From NCBI GenBank assembly GCA_963821885.1, contig CAWGFN010000004.1, positions 43,485-107,484 of the forward strand: a stretch of 64,000 bases of DNA. The letters are read 5' to 3'. Source of the stretch: an uncultured Gammaproteobacteria bacterium. Lineage in GTDB: Bacteria; Pseudomonadota; Gammaproteobacteria; Xanthomonadales; Rhodanobacteraceae. The notes beneath the pieces are model-generated. The model ran no database searches. It had not been told where the DNA came from and saw nothing but the letters and a program-made list of their open reading frames with translations. A program made the position numbers and the translations under genes. Positions 27,797 through 39,134 of this stretch are shown here, piece after piece (the stretch's first letter is position 1; every line of letters begins with the position of its first letter).

Positions 27797-28285
27797 TCAT
27801 GCGAAGCCATTGAACGACAGTTGTGAAAATTGCCTTGTTTCTGGGTCGTAAAGAGCTCCCCAGAAGCTACTCCCGCCGTCGCATACAAGTTCAGGCACGC
27901 TGCGCCAACGATCACGGTCTGTGCCTCGGGCATAGATCGGATGGCTTAGAAAAGCATTGATATATATGTATTTGTGACCGTTGATGATGACGCCTGCGTA
28001 CTGTCTGTAGAATGCAGTCGGGTTTGCAACTGACAAGCCTTTTCCGCAACAGGATTGGGACACCAGTTTTGAAAGTTTGGGCAGGTCTTGCTCAAGTTTC
28101 GCGATTACCTTGGGGCTCACCTTCCACACGCCGGTGATTGATCTTGGTGTCTCGCGAGAGCATTGCTGTAGGACGTGCCGTGCCTGCGTCGGGGGCAACA
28201 AAGTTGCGCGCTCAGACGAGCCCGGATCGGCAATCGCAGAAAGGCTTAGAAGAAGCAACGTGAGCAGGGTGAGTTGTTTATGCAT
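27797..28285 (-). CDS. Cassette 1: hypothetical exported Cys-containing protein
   Basis: MHKQLTLLTLLLLSLSAIA|DPGS signal peptide. The attC follows 3 nt after the stop. No family recognised. Confidence 0.6.
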   Translation of the reverse strand: MHKQLTLLTLLLLSLSAIADPGSSERATLLPPTQARHVLQQCSRETPRSITGVWKVSPKVIAKLEQDLPKLSKLVSQSCCGKGLSVANPTAFYRQYAGVIINGHKYIYINAFLSHPIYARGTDRDRWRSVPELVCDGGSSFWGALYDPETRQFSQLSFNGFA

Positions 28286-28524
28286 AACTGAAATTCGGTT
28301 GCATATTGATGTGTAATCCATCCACCTATCACGGCAAATGGATCGCTCCTGTCAGGCCAACACCCCATACATTGGATACTTATGCATGTACAGGCAACCT
28401 AAATCGTCGACCTAATCATGCAGCCTTTCCGGCTGGTTCGCTTTGCCATCCTTGCACCGGGTGCATGAGAGCGCAAGCGTGGCCCGCATGTCGGGCGCGC
28501 CCACCATGCACCATGACGGGGCAT

Positions 28525-28556
28525 GAAAAAAAGCCCGCGCAGTGCGGGCTTTTTTT
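28525..28556 (-). terminator. Bidirectional intrinsic terminator downstream of proA
   Basis: AAAAAAA-GCCCGC-gcagt-GCGGGC-TTTTTTT, 25 nt after the proA stop (28581). Confidence 0.85.
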
Positions 28557-28580
28557 GGAGTGCGGGCGCCGTGGGCGGCA

Positions 28581-29848
<1,268 letters not shown>

Positions 29849-29852
<4 letters not shown>

Positions 29853-31024
29853 GCGTTTTCAACTCCTGTCGTGTCGAAGTCCAGGGGATCGGCCGGGGCC
29901 AGGTCGTCGCGATGGATCACCGAGTCGCCATAGCTGTAGCCCAGGCGCTTCTCGATCTCGCGGGTGTGGCAGCCCAGGATCTGTCCCAGTTCCGCGGCGC
30001 CATACTGGGTGATGCCGCGGGCAATGCAGCGCGAGCTGTCATGGGTGATCACCTCCACCATGTCGCCGCGCTGGAAGTCGCCGTCGACGCCGAGCACGCC
30101 CTTGGGCAGCAGCGAGGCGCCCTCTTCGGTCAATGCGCGGACGGCGCCGGCATCGACGCGGATGTAGCCGGGCACGGCCGGCATGTGGTGCAGCCAGTAC
30201 TTGCGCGCCTGCAGTCGCGAGGACCGGCTGCGCAGCCGCGTGCCGTGCAGCTTGTCCTGCGACAGCAGGCGCACCACCTCGCCATCGCGTCCGTTGAACA
30301 GCACCGTCTCGATGCCGGCGGCGGCGGCCTTCTGCGCCGCTTCCAGCTTGGTGCGCATGCCGCCGGTGCCGACCGAGCTGCCGGCGGCACCGGCCATGGT
30401 CATGACATCGGCGGTCACCTCGTCCACGTCATGCACCGGCTCGGCGCCGGGATTGCGCCGCGGGTCGGCGTCATAGAGTCCGTCGATGTCGGTGGCGATC
30501 ATCAGCAGGTCGGCGTCGATCAGGCCGGCGACGATGGCGGCCAGGTTGTCGTTGTCGCCGAGGGTCAGCTCGTCCACCGCCACGGTGTCGTTCTCGTTGA
30601 CCACCGGCAGCACGCCGTGGTCGAGCAGTTCGGCGATGGTGGCGCGCGCGTTGAGGTAGCGCCGACGGTTGCGCATGTCGTCATGGGTCAGCAACACCTG
30701 CGCCAGCGGGCGGTCGAACAGGCGTTGCCACAGGGCGACGGTCTGCGTCTGGCCCAGCGCGGCCATGGCCTGGCGCGCGGCGTTGGAGGTGTCCTCGTCG
30801 GAATGGTCCGCCAGCAGCATGCGTCCGGCGGCGACGGCGCCGGACGACACCAGCACGATCTCGCGTCCGGCGGCCTGGTGGGTCGCGATGAATTGCGCCA
30901 GGCCGAGCACGTGCTGGGTGCTCAGGCCGCCGTCACTGCCGGCCAGCAGGCTGCTGCCGACTTTCAGGACCGCGCGATTCCAGGTTGGAAGTTGTTGTTG
31001 CGGAAAAATCCTTGTTGCACTCAT
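29849..31024 (-). CDS. proB: Glutamate 5-kinase (with a PUA domain)
   Basis: 391 aa. VLKVGSSLL...[11 protein letters not shown]...NDNLAA.. is characteristic. It overlaps proA by 4 nt. Confidence 0.92.
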
Positions 31025-31042
31025 GCGCCTTCGATCATGGCG

Positions 31043-32356
31043 TCAACCACGTTTGTCATGCATATCCTCAAGAACATTGAGACGCTGGCGCAGGATTTCA
31101 AGTCCCGGGTCCGCCGCGCCGCCCGGCGACACGCGCGCGGCAAGGCTCGATTCGGCCGTGCGACCACTGCCGGTGTCGCTGCCCGCCTTCGCCGCCTCGC
31201 GATACGCGATACGGAATGGCACGCCCTGCGCGGCCTGCTCGATGGCGACATCGGTGGCATGCATGGACGGCTCGATGGCCGCCTGCATCGCCTCGCCACG
31301 CCAGCTGAAACGCGCCAGCAGGTCGGGCAGCAGGTGCAGCGCGCGCAGGCCGTGGGTGAAGCCGTGCACCAGCGAGCCCTTGCCCAGCTGCAGGTCGCGC
31401 TGGTAACCGCTGGGCAGCGACAGCAGCTGTTCGATCTCCACCCGCGCGGCGGCGATCGGGGCGTAGCTGGCGCGCAGCAGTTCGATGACGTCGGGATTGC
31501 GCTTGTTGGGCATGATCGAGCTGCCGGTGGTGTACTCGTCGGGCAGCGTGACGAAGCCGAACTCGGCGGTGGTGAACAGCGACAGGTCCCAGGCCAGGCG
31601 GCGCAGATCGAGCATCGCGCCGGCCAGCGCATCCAGCGCGCCGAGCTCGAACTTGCCACGCGAGAGCTGCGCGTAGACCGGGCTGACCTGCATGCGCGCG
31701 AAGCCCAGCGCGCGGGTGGTGTAGTCGCGATCGAGCGGCAGGTTCACGCCGTAGCCGGCGGCGGTGCCCAGCGGGTTGGCGTCCAGCCAGTCGCGCGTGT
31801 CGCGGGCGCGGCGCGCGTTGTCGATGAAGCCCTCGGCGAAGCCGGCGAACCACATCGTGGTGGAGGACACCACCGCGCGCTGCAGGTGGGTGTAGCCGGG
31901 CATCGGCAGCGACTCGCCCTCGGCGCGGGTCAGGCAGACCCCGGCGATGCTCGTGCACAGCGCGGCCAGTTCGTCCATGCGTTCCTTCAGCCACAGCCGC
32001 GTGGCGACCAGGACCTGGTCGTTGCGGCTGCGCCCGGTGTGCACCTTGCGGCCGACGTCGCCCAGGCGCTCGACCAGCCGCGACTCGATGGCCGAGTGGC
32101 CGTCCTCGTGACGGTCGTCGAGCACGAAGTCGCCACGCGCGAAATCCTCAGCCAGCGCGTCCAGCTCACGCAGCAGCGCGGCGACCTCGGCATCGTCGAG
32201 CACGCCGATGCGGCCCAGGCCCTGCACGTGCGCCTTGCTGGCGGTGATGTCGTGGCGCAGGAACTCGCGATCCAGCAGCACGTCGTCGCCGGCCAGGAAT
32301 TGCATGATGCGCGCGTCCACGCGCACGCCGTCTTTTTGCCAGAGCAAATCGCTCAT
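31043..32356 (-). CDS. argH: Argininosuccinate lyase
   Basis: 437 aa with the fumarate-lyase signature ([12 protein letters not shown]) and ArgH-like ends. Confidence 0.92.
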   Translation of the reverse strand: MSDLLWQKDGVRVDARIMQFLAGDDVLLDREFLRHDITASKAHVQGLGRIGVLDDAEVAALLRELDALAEDFARGDFVLDDRHEDGHSAIESRLVERLGDVGRKVHTGRSRNDQVLVATRLWLKERMDELAALCTSIAGVCLTRAEGESLPMPGYTHLQRAVVSSTTMWFAGFAEGFIDNARRARDTRDWLDANPLGTAAGYGVNLPLDRDYTTRALGFARMQVSPVYAQLSRGKFELGALDALAGAMLDLRRLAWDLSLFTTAEFGFVTLPDEYTTGSSIMPNKRNPDVIELLRASYAPIAAARVEIEQLLSLPSGYQRDLQLGKGSLVHGFTHGLRALHLLPDLLARFSWRGEAMQAAIEPSMHATDVAIEQAAQGVPFRIAYREAAKAGSDTGSGRTAESSLAARVSPGGAADPGLEILRQRLNVLEDMHDKRG

Positions 32357-32399
32357 GGTGAAGCCCTCGGTTTGTCGGGTCGCGGTCGCGCCGCGTTGT

Positions 32400-33344
32400 T
32401 CAGTGCTCGATGCCCATCAGCTCGGGCAGGCTCAGGGCGAGGTTGAGATTCTGCATGGCCTGGGTGGCGGCGCCCTTGAGCAGGTTGTCCAGGCAGCTCA
32501 CCACCACCGCGCGCTTGCCGTCGGCGGACAGGGTGAGGCCGCCGACTTCGGCATGGTGCCTGTTGGCCACGTCGCGTACCTGCGGCGCTTCGTCGAGCAC
32601 GCGCACCAGCGGTTCGTCCTGGTAGCGGGCACGGTAGCGCTGCATCAATTCGTCGCGACCGCGCGGGCGGTCCAGGTACAGGTTGCTGGTGACGCTGAGG
32701 CCGCGGAAGTGCGGCGCCACGTGCGGCATGAACTCCACCGGGATGCCCAGCTGGAAGCTGCACTCGCGCTCGTGCATGTGGTCGATGAGGCTGTACGGCA
32801 TCAGGTTGTCGCGCAGCTTGTCCGGGTCATTGCGCTCCGACGGCGTGGTGCCGGCGCCGGAATAGCCGGACACGCCGAAGCACACCGGCGGCGCGGCCAG
32901 CAGGTCCTTGAGCGGCGCGATGGCCAGCTGGATCGCGGTGGCGTAGCAACCGGGATTGCTGATGCGCCTTTGACCCCGGTACTGCGCGCGGGTCAGCTCC
33001 GGCAGGCCGTAATGCCACTGGCGGTCGAAGCGATAGTCGGCCGAGAGATCCACCACCACGGTGTCCGGCGCCGTGGCATCGATGGCGTCGACGAAGGGTT
33101 TGCCGGCACCGTTGGGCAGGGCCAGGATCACCGCGTCGCAGCCGCGCGTGGCGACCGCCGCCGGGTCCAGGTTCTCGTAGGCCAGCGCCCCGGTGTAGCC
33201 CGGCTGGTGGTCGGCCAGGCGCTGGCCGTCCCGCTCGCGCGAGGACACGAAGCCCAGTTCCAGTTGCGGATGGGCGTCGATCAGGCGGATCAGTTCCGCG
33301 CCGGTATGACCGCGCGCGCCGACCAGTCCGACGGTACGGCTCAT
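32400..33344 (-). CDS. argC: N-acetyl-gamma-glutamyl-phosphate reductase
   Basis: The start is ATG 33344 ([21 protein letters not shown]..) inside ORF 32400..33827. The active-site context is ISNPGCYAT. Confidence 0.9.
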   Translation of the reverse strand: MSRTVGLVGARGHTGAELIRLIDAHPQLELGFVSSRERDGQRLADHQPGYTGALAYENLDPAAVATRGCDAVILALPNGAGKPFVDAIDATAPDTVVVDLSADYRFDRQWHYGLPELTRAQYRGQRRISNPGCYATAIQLAIAPLKDLLAAPPVCFGVSGYSGAGTTPSERNDPDKLRDNLMPYSLIDHMHERECSFQLGIPVEFMPHVAPHFRGLSVTSNLYLDRPRGRDELMQRYRARYQDEPLVRVLDEAPQVRDVANRHHAEVGGLTLSADGKRAVVVSCLDNLLKGAATQAMQNLNLALSLPELMGIEH

Positions 33345-33937
33345 GATTGTCGCTCCAGCTGATGGTCCAGGTGCCGGCGCACGGCCGGCCATTCGGATTC
33401 GAGGATGGAATACACCACGGTATCGCGATAGCTGCCGTCGGGCAGGATGCGGTGGTTGCGCAGCACGCCGTCCTGTTTGGCGCCCAGACGCTCGATGGCG
33501 GCGCGCGAGCGATGGTTCAACACGTGGGTGCGAAACTCCACCGCGATGCACTGCAGCGATTCGAAGGCGTGGCCCAGCAGCAGCCGCTTGCAGGCGCTGT
33601 TGACCGCGCTGCGCTGGGCGCCGGCGGCGTACCAGGTCCAGCCGATCTCGAGGCGACGGTTTTCGGCGTCGGCGCGACAGTACCGCGTGCAGCCGACGAT
33701 GCGGTCGTCGGCCCGCCGGCGCACGGCGAACGCCTGGCCCTGCCCGTCCGCGGCCTGGGCCAGGGCCGCGTCGATGTAGCCGGCCATGGCATCCGGGGTG
33801 GGCACGCTGGTCACCCACACGCGCCACAGCTCGCCGTCGCTGGCCGCCTCGCCCAGCGCGGCGGCGTGCTCGACCGCCAGCGGCTCCAGACGCACGTGCG
33901 CGTTTTCCAGCACCCGCGGTTCGATCCAGGCGCTCAT
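33341..33937 (-). CDS. GNAT-family N-acetyltransferase (RimJ/RimL-like) embedded in the arg cluster
   Basis: [20 protein letters not shown]... shows an acetyltransferase fold pattern. The ATGA overlaps the argC start. Confidence 0.75.
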   Translation of the reverse strand: MSAWIEPRVLENAHVRLEPLAVEHAAALGEAASDGELWRVWVTSVPTPDAMAGYIDAALAQAADGQGQAFAVRRRADDRIVGCTRYCRADAENRRLEIGWTWYAAGAQRSAVNSACKRLLLGHAFESLQCIAVEFRTHVLNHRSRAAIERLGAKQDGVLRNHRILPDGSYRDTVVYSILESEWPAVRRHLDHQLERQS

Positions 33938-35262
33938 GCCGTCGCCTCCAGGGTCGGCGGGCGCGTCTCGCAATGGGTGATGCAGCGCTGGATCACGTCG
34001 AAGTCGTCGATGCCGTACCAGAACACCTTCCAGTGCTCGCGCTTGATGCAGCCGTCGGACTGCGCGTCATAGAACGGGTTGACGGCATTGCCGTGGCGCG
34101 AGCGCCAGAACAGGTGGGGCACCTGCTCGCGCATCACCTGCCACACGGCGCGGCCGATGCCCTCGCCCTGGGCGTCGTCGAGCACGGCGAACTTGTCCAG
34201 GTACGGCAGCCCCTCGTCCTCGGTGAGGATCATCGCCGCGCGGTAGTTCTCGCTGACGAACACGCGGTAGGGACGCGTGCGTTCGAAATAATCGGCAAGC
34301 AGGCGGCGGCGGAAGCTGGATTCGATCAGCGCGCGCATGCGCTCGATGTCCACGCCGTTCCAGCCGTCGTCCATGACCAGCACGCGCTCGCCGCGGCGCA
34401 CCAGCGTGCCCGAGCCCTTGTGCGTGAACAGCTCCTTGGCCAGCTCGCCCGGCTTGGTGATCGACACCGACGAGGTCAGCGGCAGGTCGTCGAGCAGGTG
34501 CTTGATCTGCTCCAGCTTCAGGCGCATGCCCGAATGCACCCACGGCTGCGCCATCAGGTGCTCGTATTCGGTGCGCAGGTTGATCGACTCGATGCGCCGG
34601 CCCTCCTCGTCGAGCAGGCCGCCGGTGCCGGTGAGGAAGACGATCTTGTACGGCTGCAGCACGCGCACCAGTTCGTTGGCGGCGAAGTCGGCGTTGACGT
34701 TGAGGATCTGCCCTTCCGCGGTCTCGCCCAGCGAGGCGATCACCGGGATCGAACCGATGCGCAGGCTGGCGTCGATCGGCGCCAGGTTGACCTTGTCCAC
34801 GCGGCCGACCAGGCCCAGGCGGTCGCGGTCCAGGTAGCGGGCCTCGAACACGCCGGACAGGATCGAGGTGGCGCGCACGTCGATGTCCTGCAGCGCCTCG
34901 ACCAGGCGCAGGTTCTGCGCCTGGAACACGCGACGCACCACTTCCAGCGCCCTGGGCGAGGTCACGCGCAGTCCATCCACGGTCTGCTTGTCGATGCCGG
35001 CGGCGGTCAGTTCCTCGTCCAGCTGCGGGCCGGCGCCGTGCAGCACGATCGGGGTCAGGCCGACCTGCTGCAGGAAGGCCAGCGAGGAGGTCAGCGCGTC
35101 CAGCTCGTCGCGCAGCACCGCGCCGCCGACCTTGACCACGGCGAAGCGCTTGGCGTCGAGCTGCGAGAAGCGCTTGAGGTACTGCTGGATCTCCTTGGCG
35201 CTGCCCATCGACGAGAGCAGCCGGACGATGGTCTGGCGGGTGTTTCGTGTTTCGGCATTCAT
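33934..35262 (-). CDS. argB: Acetylglutamate kinase fused to a C-terminal GNAT-type N-acetylglutamate synthase domain (bifunctional ArgA/B type)
   Basis: 443 aa from ATG 35262 ([16 protein letters not shown]..). The N-terminal AAK fold ([18 protein letters not shown]) is followed by ~150 aa with an acetyltransferase motif ([11 protein letters not shown]). Confidence 0.85.
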   Translation of the reverse strand: MNAETRNTRQTIVRLLSSMGSAKEIQQYLKRFSQLDAKRFAVVKVGGAVLRDELDALTSSLAFLQQVGLTPIVLHGAGPQLDEELTAAGIDKQTVDGLRVTSPRALEVVRRVFQAQNLRLVEALQDIDVRATSILSGVFEARYLDRDRLGLVGRVDKVNLAPIDASLRIGSIPVIASLGETAEGQILNVNADFAANELVRVLQPYKIVFLTGTGGLLDEEGRRIESINLRTEYEHLMAQPWVHSGMRLKLEQIKHLLDDLPLTSSVSITKPGELAKELFTHKGSGTLVRRGERVLVMDDGWNGVDIERMRALIESSFRRRLLADYFERTRPYRVFVSENYRAAMILTEDEGLPYLDKFAVLDDAQGEGIGRAVWQVMREQVPHLFWRSRHGNAVNPFYDAQSDGCIKREHWKVFWYGIDDFDVIQRCITHCETRPPTLEATA

Positions 35263-35269
35263 GGCGCTG

Positions 35270-36370
35270 TCACGCGTGTCCCGTGTTGATGATGCGATGC
35301 AGGTGATCGGCGTAGGCGGCCAGCTGGTCCAGCGCCACCCACTCGTCGGCGCTGTGCGCCTGGGCGATGTCGCCGGGGCCGAAGACCATGGCGGTGAAGC
35401 CGGCCGCGGAGAACAGCGAGGCCTCGGTCCAGAAGTCCACGGCGTTGCCGATCGGCAAGCCCAGCTCGTCGGCCAGGTCACGCGCGGCCAGGCGCCGCGA
35501 TTCGGCGGCGGCGATGTCGCCGGCCGGCAGCGAGGGACCGCGGAAGGTCTCGGCGAACTCGGCCGGATGCGGATCGGCCAGATCGTGGAAGGTCTTCAGC
35601 AACGCGTCCGGGTCCATCGACGGCAGCGGGCGGAAACCGAACTTCACCTCGGCCTCGGGCGCGATGACGTTGGCCTTGATGCCACCCTCGATGCGGCCGA
35701 GGTTGAGGCGCAGACCGGTCAGGCCACCGAAGCGGTGGTGCGCCTGGTCGTCGACATAGTCGAGCACCCGGTTGCCCCAGCGCACCGCCTGGTGCAACGC
35801 GCTGTCGGCGGCGCCCTGCTCGGCCGAGGCGTGGCCGGCGCGCCCGGCGAAGCGCACGCGCACCGAGTTGATGCCGCGATGCGCCAGCACCGCCTCGCCG
35901 CGGGTTGGCTCGGCGACGATGATGGCCTCGTACGCATGCGATCCGCGCACGAAGGCGGGGATGCAGCGCGCGTCGTTGGCTTCCTCGTCGGTGGTGAACA
36001 GGAACGCGCAGTCGCCCTCGCCGGCCTGCGCCACCGCCAGCATGGCCGCGGCCGCGCCCTTGATGTCGCAGGCGCCCAGGCCCACCGCGCGGTCGTCGCC
36101 CACGCGCAGCTCGAACGGGCTGGCGCTCCAGTGCGGCGAGTCCGGCACGGTGTCCAGGTGCACGTTGAACAGAAAGCGCGGCGCACCGCGCACCGCCAGC
36201 AGGCTGACCGCGCCGGCGCCATGGTCGGTGAGCGTCAACTCGAAACCGTCCAGCTGCGACTTGAGGTAGTCGAAGATGCCGCCGGTGTCGATCGCGCGCG
36301 GCGGGTTGCGCGTGTCGAAGGCGACCAGCGCGCGCAGGTGCGTCAGCGTGGCGTCGAGATAAGCGCTCAC
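35270..36370 (-). CDS. argE: Acetylornithine deacetylase (M20 family)
   Basis: 366 aa, ArgE/DapE-like (..[26 protein letters not shown]..). The apparent start is GTG 36370. Confidence 0.85.
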   Translation of the reverse strand: MSAYLDATLTHLRALVAFDTRNPPRAIDTGGIFDYLKSQLDGFELTLTDHGAGAVSLLAVRGAPRFLFNVHLDTVPDSPHWSASPFELRVGDDRAVGLGACDIKGAAAAMLAVAQAGEGDCAFLFTTDEEANDARCIPAFVRGSHAYEAIIVAEPTRGEAVLAHRGINSVRVRFAGRAGHASAEQGAADSALHQAVRWGNRVLDYVDDQAHHRFGGLTGLRLNLGRIEGGIKANVIAPEAEVKFGFRPLPSMDPDALLKTFHDLADPHPAEFAETFRGPSLPAGDIAAAESRRLAARDLADELGLPIGNAVDFWTEASLFSAAGFTAMVFGPGDIAQAHSADEWVALDQLAAYADHLHRIINTGHA

Positions 36371-36403
36371 GGGGCGAGATCCTGGGGCTGAGTCTCGGAA
36401 GGC

Positions 36404-36435
36404 CGGGACTCGGGACTCGGGACTCGGGACTCGGG
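36404..36435. repeat. Heptamer microsatellite (CGGGACT)x4 plus a partial unit, 34 nt upstream of argE
   Basis: ccgggactcgggactcgggactcgggactcgggg; it is the reverse complement of the array at 36676-36713. Confidence 0.9.
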
Positions 36436-36459
36436 GAAGATGCTTACGGTGACTTCATA

Positions 36460-36653
36460 CATGTCGCACGACTCCGACATCGGTAGAACGCCGAACATCT
36501 GAAAAGCGCCCATTTCCGGATTCCGGCATCCGGGGTACGGCGACCCTAATGACGCCCTCCTGCGGGAGACCCGTGCTCCGGTTTGAATACTTGCGTTGAC
36601 TGCATGCATTTCGCACCACTCCGACTTCGATAAAACGCCGAACATCTGAAAAG
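36460..36653. repeat. Two 47-nt direct repeats (36460-36506 and 36607-36653) inside the heptamer-bracketed argG-argE spacer
   Basis: catgtcgcacgactccgacatcggtagaacgccgaacatctgaaaag versus catttcgcaccactccgacttcgataaaacgccgaacatctgaaaag. Confidence 0.85.
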
Positions 36654-36658
36654 ACCGC

Positions 36659-37921
36659 TTACTCGCCTACGGCTACGAGTCCCGAGTCCCGAGTCCCGAG
36701 TCCCGAGTCCCGGTTCGTCTCCGCCCACAACGACGAACTCATCCCGAACAGCTTGATGAAACCTTCGGCCTCCTCCACGCCCCAGTCGGCGCTCTGCGCG
36801 TAGGTCGCGCCCCGCGAGCGCAGGATGTGCGGCGAGTCCACCGCCACCGCGTCCACCGTGCCGCCCTCGGTGCGCAGCGTCACGTTGCCGTTCACGCAGC
36901 GCTGGCTGGCGGCGAGGAAGGCTTCCAGGTCGGTCTTCAGCGGATCGTGGAAGAAGCCCTCGTAGACCAGCTCCACCCACTGCTTCGCGACCAGGGGCTT
37001 GAAGCGGTTCTGGGCCTTCGAAAGCACGGCCTCCTCCAGCGCGCGATGCGCGGTCAGCAGCGCGACCAGGCCCGGTGCCTCGTAGACGATGCGGCCCTTC
37101 AGGCCGATGGTGGTGTCGCCGGTATACAGACCGCGGCCGACGCCGTAGGCGGCGAACTGCTGGTTCAGGCGCGCCAGGATCTCGTGGCCGGCCAGCGCCT
37201 CGCCGTCGATGGCCACGGCCTCGCCGTTGCGGAACTCGACCTTCATTTCCAGCGCCTGTACCGGCCACTCGCTGCGCGGCTTGCACCAGCCGCGCGCGCC
37301 CTCGCCCGGCGCCTGCCACTCGTCGATCTCGCCGCCGGACAGGGTCACGCCCAGCAGGTTCTCGTTGATGGTGTAACTCTGCTGCTTGGCGCGCACACCG
37401 AAGCCGCGCTCCTCCAGGTAGGCCTGCTCGTAGGCACGGGTCTGGGTGTGCTCCTTCTGGATCTCGCGGATCGGCGCCACGATGTCGAAGTCGCCCAGCG
37501 CCTTCACGGTCAGGTCGAAGCGCACCTGGTCGTTGCCCATGCCGGTGCAGCCGTGCGCGATGGCGCGGGTGCCCAGCTCGGCGGCGCGCTTGAGCGCGGC
37601 CTCGACGATCAGATAGCGATCCGAGACCAGCAGCGGGTACTGGCCCTGGTAGCCCTGCCCGGCCCACACGAACGGCTTGACGAAGCCGTCCCAGATCGCC
37701 GGACCGCCGTCCACGGTCTGGTGGCTGGCCACGCCCAGTTCGGCGGCGCGCTGCTCGATGAAGGCACGCTCGTCGGCGTCCACGCCGCCGGTGTCGGCGA
37801 ACACCGTGTGCACGGCGTAGCCACGCTCGGCCAGGTAGGGAACGCAGAAACTGGTGTCGAGGCCGCCGGAAAAGGCGAGGACGATGTCGGTGGTACCGGG
37901 ACTCGGGGTGTTGTCGGACAT
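36659..37921 (-). CDS. argG: Argininosuccinate synthase
   Basis: 420 aa. [12 protein letters not shown].., [14 protein letters not shown]... The last ~17 codons are written by the heptamer array. Confidence 0.92.
   Translation of the reverse strand: MSDNTPSPGTTDIVLAFSGGLDTSFCVPYLAERGYAVHTVFADTGGVDADERAFIEQRAAELGVASHQTVDGGPAIWDGFVKPFVWAGQGYQGQYPLLVSDRYLIVEAALKRAAELGTRAIAHGCTGMGNDQVRFDLTVKALGDFDIVAPIREIQKEHTQTRAYEQAYLEERGFGVRAKQQSYTINENLLGVTLSGGEIDEWQAPGEGARGWCKPRSEWPVQALEMKVEFRNGEAVAIDGEALAGHEILARLNQQFAAYGVGRGLYTGDTTIGLKGRIVYEAPGLVALLTAHRALEEAVLSKAQNRFKPLVAKQWVELVYEGFFHDPLKTDLEAFLAASQRCVNGNVTLRTEGGTVDAVAVDSPHILRSRGATYAQSADWGVEEAEGFIKLFGMSSSLWAETNRDSGLGTRDSGLVAVGE
36676..36713. repeat. Heptamer microsatellite (CGAGTCC)x5 inside the 3' end of argG
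   Basis: cgagtcccgagtcccgagtcccgagtcccgagtcccgg. On the coding strand it encodes ..[12 protein letters not shown].. of the ArgG tail. Confidence 0.9.
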
Positions 37922-37988
37922 GTTCGTTTACCGTTGAAGATGCGAGAGGGGCATGGGGAATGCTTGTTGCTGAGAAACGATTCGGCGT

Positions 37989-38492
37989 TTACGCATCCCG
38001 AACCCCGTCTCCGGCACTTTCGTCGACCACGATGCGCGGTTCGCAGCGCACGGGAAAATTGACGGAGTTGGCGATGAAGCAGGCGTGGTGCGCGTCCTCG
38101 TGCAGGGCCGCGGCGCGGGCGATGTCGCTGCCGGCGGCCAGGGTCACCTCGGGGCGCAGCACCACCTCGACAAAGCGGCCGCCCTTGCCTGCCGTCTGCA
38201 TGCGGCCTTCGGCGTGGTCGGCATAGGCGGCGACCACGACCCCGGCCTCGGCGGCGAAATGCAGGTACGAGAGCATGTGGCAACTGGCCAGCGCGGCGAC
38301 CAGCAGGTCCTCCGGGTTGTACCGGTCGGCGTCGCCGTGGAAGGACCGGTCGGCGGAAACCTGCAGGTCCGGCTTGCCGTCGACGCGCACGACGTGGTCG
38401 CGGCCGTAGACGCGGTAGCCGGACGTGCCCTCGCCGCGGTTGCCCGTCCAGGTGAGGCCCACGGCGTAGCGATGCTCGTGCGTGGCGCTCAT
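37989..38492 (-). CDS. OsmC-family peroxiredoxin-like protein
   Basis: 168 aa from ATG 38492 (MSATHEHRYAVGLTWTGNRGEGT..NPEDLLVAALASCHML..HHACFIANSV). Confidence 0.8.
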   Translation of the reverse strand: MSATHEHRYAVGLTWTGNRGEGTSGYRVYGRDHVVRVDGKPDLQVSADRSFHGDADRYNPEDLLVAALASCHMLSYLHFAAEAGVVVAAYADHAEGRMQTAGKGGRFVEVVLRPEVTLAAGSDIARAAALHEDAHHACFIANSVNFPVRCEPRIVVDESAGDGVRDA

Positions 38493-39124
38493 GCCTGCGA
38501 CTCCACGGCGGCATGACGCAGCATCATCTCGATCAACGCCGGATCGCGCTCGGCACTGCGCTGGCGCAGGCCGTCGACCACCCCGGCGCGGTTGCGCGCG
38601 GGATGGTTCTGGCTGAGCTTGAACTTGCCTTCCACGCGCTCGACCTCGATGTCCAGGCCGGCAATGGCGTCGAGCATCTTGCGGGTGTGGTCGGGCGGCG
38701 CGTCGTCGACCTTCCACGGATCGGGCAGCGCGGCTTCGTGGCGGTCGGTGAGGTCGCGGATCATGTCCAGCAGCCAATCGCGCTGATGGATCACGCGCAG
38801 GCGACCCTCGATCTGCACCATGGTGTAGTTCCAGGTCGGGACCTCGCGCCCGGTCTCGTGCTTGCTGGGGTACCAGTTCGGGCTGATGTAGGCGTCCGGC
38901 CCGCGGAAGATCACCAGCACCCGTTCGCCATCGGCATCGACCAGGGCGTTGCCACGCGCCACGTGACCGCGCAGATGGCCGTCGGAGGCCGGGATCAGCG
39001 GCAGCACGTCGGCCTGCACCTCGCCCCGCTCGGCGCCGTGCACCACGGTGGCCAGCGGGTAGTTGAGGATCAGGTCGGCCAGCGCCTCGGCGCGGTTCTC
39101 GCGGAAAGCCTGCGGCAGGTACAT
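38489..39124 (-). CDS. FMN-binding negative transcriptional regulator (PaiB family)
   Basis: MYLPQAFRENRAEALADLILNYPLATVV...PTWNYTMVQIEGRLRVI...FKLSQNHP are PaiB-like motifs. Confidence 0.8.
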   Translation of the reverse strand: MYLPQAFRENRAEALADLILNYPLATVVHGAERGEVQADVLPLIPASDGHLRGHVARGNALVDADGERVLVIFRGPDAYISPNWYPSKHETGREVPTWNYTMVQIEGRLRVIHQRDWLLDMIRDLTDRHEAALPDPWKVDDAPPDHTRKMLDAIAGLDIEVERVEGKFKLSQNHPARNRAGVVDGLRQRSAERDPALIEMMLRHAAVESQA

Positions 39125-39134
39125 GCGCGTCCCC

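Larger units (their letters stand above)
23875..28371 (-). mobile_element. Integron gene-cassette array without integrase (CALIN): 8 cassettes and 8 attC-type sites, with cassettes oriented on the minus strand
   Basis: The segment is AT-richer than its flanks. ORFs and attC palindromes alternate regularly, and stop codons overlap the attC inverse-core boxes. Both flanks are core genes, and no tyrosine recombinase ORF is present. Confidence 0.85.

Noticed and set aside
36367-36645. 92-aa minus-strand ORF with duplicated MFGVL..SE.C.M..V segments in the argG-argE spacer
   Set aside because: The duplication mirrors the 47-nt DNA repeats. Substitutions between the copies are mostly non-synonymous, there is no ribosome-binding site, and it overlaps the argE start. 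It is kept as a repeat element rather than a gene, though a small protein cannot be fully excluded.
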